DNA of 26,454 bases from Chlorokybus atmophyticus (lineage: Eukaryota; Plantae; Mesostigma and Chlorokybus algae): the NCBI GenBank assembly GCA_009103225.1, contig RHPI01000330.1, forward strand, positions 3,216-29,669. Direction: 5' to 3'. How positions within the stretch are numbered: position 1 is the first letter of the stretch; each line of letters begins with the position of its first letter. Shown here in pieces: positions 19,566 through 26,454 of the stretch. Below the pieces are notes generated by a model that was not told the origin of the DNA, did not search any database, and worked only from the letters and a program-made list of their open reading frames with translations. A program made the translations under genes and the position numbers.

Positions 19566-20130
19566 CTGTTAAGTGAGGTGAATGAACAAGCAATTTAAAA
19601 ATGCTATGTTCTGATGCAGCAAACACACCACCGCCAAGCTCACAGTAATGACAAGCACAGCGCACAAGAGCATATACTGTGTCTCACGCAGTAAGGCAAT
19701 TCCTGGCAACCGGGACGGTGTGCTTTCAGTTTAAGTCGCTCCACAAGCTCTTAAGATCAGAGTCTTTACTCTTAGTACTCATAGTGTCACCTGCAAGTCT
19801 AGTGACATGACTTCCTGCTGATACATGTCAAATCATGACTGTGCAATGCCACGCGGGCACTGGGCCAACGGTCACATCAAGGCCGTATGCTACTACGAAA
19901 TCCTCTAAGACTCGATATAGCATATGAGCTGATAACGGATTTCTAACTAATCAGCTACGCGCGGGTCCTACAGAGAGTTTTGTAGAATAGCCCTAGCTAC
20001 ATGCTACATAAGTACGAAATAGCTAGCAGTAGGCTGGGGCGGGCGCGGTCTTCATGCTAGTAGCCCGGGCTTGGGGCTGGATGTAGGCATGCTCGAGGAT
20101 GACCAGCATGCGAGGGTAGTTGGCATGACA

Positions 20131-20279
20131 TGTCACACGTAATTATTGCCGCAAGAATGTGCTTGAAGAATATCAAACAAGAAATTACAATGTAAATTAC
20201 ACCGAGCTACTGTAATTTACATTGGAATTCTTTTTGATATGTTTTAAGCACATTCTTGCGACAATAATCATGTGTGACA
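20131..20279. repeat. 149-bp AT-rich foldback: arms of about 70 bp, 9-nt loop
   Basis: Arms 20131-20201 and 20211-20279 differ by 7 mismatches and 2 indels and include perfect 15-bp and 14-bp stems. TG...CA ends. Confidence 0.85.
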
Positions 20280-20635
20280 CCTTATCATGATTGAGCGGTA
20301 CTAACAAATATATGCAAAGGTATACATCACTAACGGCTGGTACCTTAAAGGTACCTGACAATTTTGCTCAGCTAGCTTACAGTGGCCGGTACTTAACTGT
20401 TAGGTAACGGTTACGTACTTGTCAGTTAGGCAAAGTCGCCTTATTGTGACTATGAGGTAACTTTCAGGCACCTATTAGTTAGGGTCGATCCTTTTTGAGA
20501 GCCGACCGCTAACTGATGGTGACGGCCGTTATGCTTGGGCCCCTCTATCAGGATTACCGATAGATTGAACAACGATAGTCTAACTGAGTATCCTTAGACC
20601 CACGACCATTCTATATATTTAACCGGCCGTTAGGG

Positions 20636-21006
20636 CTAACCTTTTCCGACGTAATATATAAATTCTGCAAAAACTGACAATGCGGCCACCAACAAATTAT
20701 CACAAAGCGTACAATGTTGCATGCGTATTGTACAAACAGAGGGCGAGGGATCAGTGGTTTCAGGAGCTTGAGCCAGTCTAGCTCCAACCATCCCAAGAAG
20801 TTGTTTGCCAAATGCACGCATGCTGAGTTTCCCATGGGGATGCCTACCACTTGGCGGTGCAAAGTATCGACGACAGTTCTCACACACAAGTAGTTGACAA
20901 CATATGTCAACAGCGTATGCAGCAAGTCAGCCATGAACACCTTCGTTACCCCCTCCGCAGTCACCGTATGGCCAACCGCCCATCTGTGTAATCTTGCCGT
21001 TGGGGA
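20636..21006 (-). pseudogene. Reverse transcriptase fragment, Penelope-like
   Basis: ...LLTYVVNYLCVRTVVDTLHRQVVGIPMGNSACVHLANNFLGWLELDWL... (QxxGxPMG motif; GIPMG at 20831-20844). After a 1-nt frameshift near 20702 it reads RF(V)DNLLV...FAEFIYY, a degenerate RYxDD motif. Confidence 0.65.
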
Positions 21007-22520
21007 CTGTGACGTGCATTGTAATGATGCAAGACTGAGCATGCATGTGTGCGTGAACACAGATTGCACCACTGACTGCATGCGCATGCAATTGGCAATA
21101 TTCACAATAAAGGAGAATAAGCCATCATGACACCATGCGATCGCGGCACGGTGCACACATGCACACATCCTTTTCGTACGACATCAACTTGACGCCCGTG
21201 CGGCTAGCTCATTGAAGCCTATTAAGGATGATATTCATGCTGTGAATGACAGTAGAGTATGATTCGGTTCTTTGCAATATGCGGGTCGCCTTTACGGTCC
21301 CGCAATTGAGGTAAGTAAGCGAGAATCTGCAATGCAGCGTGTCGTCAATGTAACACTGCGCAGTAAACATTGCCAAGCTTTACGATATTCGCAACTGACG
21401 TTGCCAGCTACATTCCACCTCCATTGTAACTAGCATACATGGCTATGATAACTTTACAATTGACTCTAAGCTCTCAAGTCATGTCGCACAATCCGAGGGG
21501 ACACTTTTGGTGCAACTTTGCTGGAGCTTTTTGAGTGTTTTAACTCATTTCACGTTTTTTTTATTACTTCGAGGCCTCCTATAGCTACTGAGTTACTAGA
21601 ACTCCATTAACTCTCGCATAACTCTGGCATGGTCCTCCGCTTCAAGGGGGCAGCATATGGGAATTTCATTACCTCCGCACCATTGGCGCACATTAAAAAG
21701 TGAAAACGGCACTCATTGAGTGCGTCCGCCCGGTTTTGTATTTCGTCACGCGGATTTGGACAAGCGCGCTACCAGCTGCATCACGAGCACAAGCAAACGC
21801 AATGCCTTAAAAACCAAGCATTATGACAAGTTCAACGCAACCCGCCGCGACAGCCAACAATGAATATAATTTGTACGCAGCAATGTTGTCGTTTAGCTCA
21901 CGGCGTGGCCTAGTTAGTAGCGCGTCGCGCCCGTGGTCCCGACAGCATGCGTTCAATTCCAACTACACTCAGCAAGAGTGCCATGATTGAGTTTTCCGGA
22001 TAGCTGCGCGCCGAGCATGCGCGTTAATGAAACTCGCATACCTGACAAAGTGCACAGTAAGAAATCTCAACTAAAATTTGGCGATTTCTCAAGATCCCAT
22101 GCCCGCAACTGAGCCACAGCCATTTTTGCAGAGTGCCCCTTGGATCGTGCGACACGCTCAAACCATCGCTTTGATTATGGTATTGTCTTAGGAATGTTGC
22201 CGAGTATGACGAGAATGGGGTGACCATGTGCGCGACCAATGATGCTAAGCGGTGTCGCGTCATTGTAAATGAACATTGCACAAACCACACCTACAATGCA
22301 ATAAATTATACCATGTAGAAGCAGCGTGTGTACATATTTAGAGGCCTTGCCATAGTAGCAAGGAAAGGCGCGAGCTCAACACAAGTCACGCACGCACACA
22401 GACACGCAAACACGCACGACAGCAAGCAAGGCTCACAATTAACCGCTCAGCACGCACATATGCACGCGCACGCACATACAATGTGCGCGCGCGCGTGCGT
22501 GGCACACCTCAAGGATGGCG

Positions 22521-23600
22521 CTACAGACGGTGGTGGGTGGGCGTCACCACCGACTCTGATGTGGACGATGCAATGGCGGTCGCGTTGATCACGAGTACAC
22601 GCGGCAGTAACTGCGTCCACATGGATACGGCTACCACGTTGTGAGCGGCATCAGGGTTGAGGTGCTGCGCCGACGTGCTGAAGAAGGTCGCGGACACGCT
22701 CGCGTTGTACATGACGTCGTAACTGTTGGGGATCTCTTCGTAATTTGCCGCTTCACTTCAGTAAGGCAGAGTATTGCACCCTGACGCTGTCATCATAATG
22801 TCATCATGATGTGTTTGTTTGTCAGCTGACATCTTAATGAGTTGAGCAGTACGATGACAGTTCCAACTAGCCAAATCTGCATGTCGCACACCTGCGTGAT
22901 GTTACTGGTGAAGTCAAACCAGCTACTTGTTCCTGACCGGGTCGGGTGAAGGTGGATACCTCTCGCTTGCCTTGGCTGAATGTGCAAGGTCTAACATCGA
23001 AGATGTCCACTCCTGCTTGGTATACATACGCGTCGTACGCACTGCACTCGTGCGGTGAGCTCCACGCGCGCTCAGCCCGTGCCGACGCCCCCGCAAAACG
23101 AGGTGATTGGGAAGGAGTAGGTGTGCACAGCAAAAACAAAACAGAAGCAGCAACAGCGACAACATGACAAACATGACCAACAGCAGCAACAACAACAACA
23201 ACGACAGCCACAACAGGATTGCCTTCTGGAAGCTCAGGTCCGTGTCGGGGTTGGACCACGCATCGGTGTTAAAGGGCGTCTCGCCTGCAGCCACCGCCTG
23301 TCTGCTTGCAGCAGCTCCTCCTGCAATCATATCATACTAACATGCAGCGGCGTGCTGTAACCTTCTATTGTCTCACACTCTGGCCATTACCACTGATAGC
23401 TAATTGCTTGTTTGTGTTCTCCCAGCTTGCCGCAGACATTGCCAAGGGCTCAGCGGCTGTGAGGGAGTGTTTGGCAATGTCATATGCTTGCTTGAAGTAG
23501 CGGGTAGCTTCTGCCAATGCACCTTCATCGGCTTTGTCCTGGCCCAAGCTAAAGTACAGATCAGGCGTGCGCGGATTCTCCTCTTCTCGCCAGTGCGGCA
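22521..23600 (-). CDS. Probable multi-exon gene with a TPR-like segment; structure unresolved
   Basis: PDLYFSLGQDKADEGALAEATRYFKQAYDIAK (about 23570-23475) resembles a TPR repeat. Further GC3-rich frames at 23330-23225, 23060-22895 and 22760-22521 have splice-like flanks but could not be joined unambiguously. Confidence 0.3.
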
Positions 23601-25347
23601 GCTTGCTTCACCGTTTTATGCGTTCTTCATGACTACGGCTAAGTGAAACCCTATCATCCTATGCATGCAGGAGAGTCAGGTGTGCTGAAACGAGCAGAGC
23701 TAAACCAGTGATCTCGTATTGACTGACAGATGTGGCTGATCAATTGTAGTCGTATACTCTATCACAGAGTGAAGCACATACTTAGGTACTCACGCGCGCG
23801 CGCACTCAGGCGGCAGCGCAAAGGCCAGCCCCAGCAAACCTCTGCGTCTTGCTGGTTGGGACAGATTAAGTGGTGATCATGGGCATGGCAAGCATTGCTA
23901 AATCAACACATAGTTTCTACGCGCGAACCGAGTGACGTCAAGTTTAGACAGCACTCAGTGCCAGTCACTGAACAGCGCCAAGCACAAGTTGTGTCCAGCG
24001 AGTGCTCATCTTGAGCCGCCTCTCACTTGCGCCACCCCACACACGCCAAACAGCCGGGAGCACACCGCCGTCACGCAAACCGCTTCGCTGAAACGCCAAC
24101 CCCAAAGCCTACTACCCCGCAGCCGCCCCCTTCGTCTCCTCCTCCTCCTCCTCCTCCTGCTTCTCCTACCTCTCCGCCGCCGCCGCCGCCGCCGTCGCCG
24201 TCCTTTTGCCGATACTAACGCAATGCACAGTTCAGATGCTCAAAACAGCAGCGCATACAAGCTTGCATACGCTACGCTTGCCTCAATGCTGCGAGTTATA
24301 GCTTGCATACTGCTGTGTGAGGCGTTTGTTACGGTGGGTGTGCGGCAAGCAGCTGGCGGGGTTGGCGGAGCGCTGAGCAGGAGGCAGCTGAAGGAGATAA
24401 AGGAGGAGGAAGCGGCTGAACAGGAGCATGAGGTTGAGGGTTGGGATGATGGGTGGAGAGCAGCCTTTGGAGAGACAAGGCAAGCGGGAGAGGAGCTCAG
24501 CCTGTAGGCTGCTGCTTAACGTTGTAAGCTTGGCTGCAAGCTTGTTTTTGTGCTGGTAGTGAGCATCTCCAGATTGCTTGGGAGTGGCACAAATGTAGCA
24601 CAATTAGACAGCCTGACTACACACTGGCTCCCCCGGCCCATCACGTGTTGTGTCGAGTGTTATTTTATTTTGTCATGTTCGTTAGGCATGTATTGCACAT
24701 GCTTGACATATTTGTCTTTGCCTTGCGTTTGTGTTGCGTCTCACAGGGGTTGTGGTTGCGGCTACCATCTGCTCAGTGCACTGCTGTTTCTGCTGAGCCC
24801 TCATACTACGGCAATCCACTTTGCCGCGCAAACTTGCGCGTTGCTGCTCATGGTTGCATACAGACGGCGGCATGTTGGAGAATCTAGCGCAGACTTCAGC
24901 CGTGGTGGACAGATTCACAGGAGGGAGATTGCCAGACTCTCAGACTCAGATGTAAGCAATCAAGTGTAGCCACTGCATGCAAGTTGTTCAGTGATGCAGG
25001 TGCCGTGCGCGAGCAAGATGCTGCAATTGGCCCATACAGTGTTGTCGACTGAGTGCACACACCGTTTGTGGCAATACGCACAACATAGCAATTGCACAGA
25101 TTGTAGCCGACACTGAGCGCACACTGTATGCCCAGACATCATAATGAAATTAAGATGAAAGGAAAATCTACGGGCTCAACGGGAGTCAAAATTCGCTTTC
25201 TGGAACCGCATTCCGGCTCTGTGCTATGCACACGGGGTAGGAACTATGCAATATGCCACACCATGGTGTCTCTCTACAGTTTGGACAATCCTGTCGTAAC
25301 AAACGTAACAAGGCTTTTCTCTAACATCCTTTCAGCCGTGATCAGCT

Positions 25348-26454
25348 CTAGCGATGATGGCCACCGCCACCGCCTCCGCCTCCGCCTCCGCCTCCGCAAC
25401 TTCCAAAGTTGCAGTTTTCGGAGTACCTCTACAGCACATACACAGTCACGAGCTGTACCATTCATTTAATACTCTTCAACACAAACGCATGCACCTCATG
25501 GACAGACACGCGCAGATACTGCCAAGCCGCTGCCTCTCACCTCATATGACAGGCCCCAGAACGTCTTTGCCTGGTCTTCGTTGGATGTGCCGCAGGCATC
25601 ATGGAACTGGTTGATAACATCGGATACCGAGTAGGGGTAACGATTCACACCACGGCTGCCTTGATATGGCACAGCCGCGTTGAGCAGAGCCGTTGCAGCA
25701 AAGCGGAGGAACTGATCATCAGTATTGGAGGCTGCATCACTGAGAGTTACTGAACCGCAGCGCCTGCAATGGCAAAGTTGTGCAATGTGAGCCACGATGG
25801 CGACACAGCAACATGGACGAAAACAACCCACGCAACCAGCAAGTGCAACAGGTGCACAGCAGGCCAGTACTTGTAGCATGTGTCGCCGCGGGAGCACTTG
25901 AAGGCGTCCACAAGCAAGGTGCCACTCTGTCTTTGTGAGCCATACTGGTAGCAGGAGGGCCAATTGCAGGACTTGCCAGACTGCTGCCAGAACCCAGGAG
26001 AGCAGGACTGCACACCGTCACACTCCTTGTGTTCACAGCTCCAGCAGGTATGGCCAGCTGGAGGCGGGGACTTGGTGTACGAAATTGGAGGAGGCGGGGA
26101 ATTGCTGTAGCTTCTTGGGGGAGGGGGGGACTTGGTGTAGCTGCTTGGCGGAGGCGGGGATTTGGTGTAAGAGCTCGGGGGTGGAGGCGACTTGGTGTAA
26201 CCCTTTGGAGGCGAAGGCGAGGACTGTGGACAGGGTGAGGGTGGTGGTGATTTGCTGGGCGGGGGCGGGGAAGGCGGCGACGGTGGAGGTGGAGATGGCG
26301 GCGACGGTGGGGGTGGCGAAGGCGGAGACGGAGGAGGCGGCGATGGCTTTGGTGGCGGTGGAGATGGTGGAGGAGGTGACGGACCGGGTGGAGGTGGGGA
26401 AGGAGGCGGAGACGGTGGAGGGGGTGAGGGCGGTGATGGTGGAGGGGGTGATGG
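25348..26454 (-). CDS. 3' part of a hydroxyproline-rich (SPPPP) cell-wall protein with a PROTODERMAL FACTOR 1-like C-terminal domain
   Basis: Open frame from the window edge; exons 26454-25871, 25763-25541 and 25428-25348 are phase-consistent. Reads (SP2-4)n, YTKSPPPP repeats, then CSPGFWQQ...WP...|TLSDAASNTDDQFLRFAATALLNAAVP...YPYSVSDVINQFHDAC...DQAKTFWGLSYE|RYSENCNFGSC-G12-HHR*. The 5' end lies outside the window. Confidence 0.75.
26050..26200 (-). repeat. 30-nt coding tandem repeat (SYTKSPPPPS, 5 copies)
   Basis: Translates GYTKSPPPPS SYTKSPPPPS SYTKSPPPPR SYSNSPPPPI SYTKSPPPAG. Confidence 0.85.

Noticed and set aside
23932-24969. ORFs with poly-Leu/Arg or poly-Pro, including a possible second SP-rich gene at 24027-24218
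   Set aside because: Driven by CCT/CCG microsatellites; no consistent exon chain could be built on either strand.
26050-26200. Regular 30-nt repeats as a CRISPR array
   Set aside because: Contiguous coding repeats with no unique spacers and no cas genes.
1-26454. tRNA or rRNA genes
   Set aside because: None recognised by eye; tRNAscan-SE and barrnap would be needed to exclude them formally.

Overview
Eukaryotic genomic DNA with short GT-AG introns of about 60-110 nt; a green-lineage (algal) host is inferred from telo-boxes, an SP-rich wall protein and the retroelement types. There are three zones. (1) 1-10573 is a compact cluster of intron-containing genes that runs off the left edge. It contains an unknown gene (-), a C2HC-finger/OTU-protease gene (+, decayed), a RING-like ORF (+, one stop), an open Zn-finger/Tudor/bacteriophage-type C5 cytosine methyltransferase gene (+), a decayed and truncated Plavaka-type transposase (-), and a coiled-coil gene (+). 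All three putative promoter regions carry the same GTACC-N6-8-GGTAC palindrome and dense GTAC clusters. The best reading is a large Plavaka-type DNA transposon carrying chromatin and ubiquitin cargo. (2) About 11100-21000 holds nested, decayed retroelements: a 5'-truncated Ty1/Copia with its 3' LTR, a gag-protease remnant on the minus strand interrupted by a related solo LTR with a 5-bp TSD, a 149-bp hairpin, and a Penelope-like RT fragment. (3) About 22500-26454 holds probable host genes: a weakly supported TPR-like gene and the 3' end of an extensin-like SP-rich protein with a PDF1-like C-terminal domain. All calls come from manual translation and motif recognition; no searches were run.
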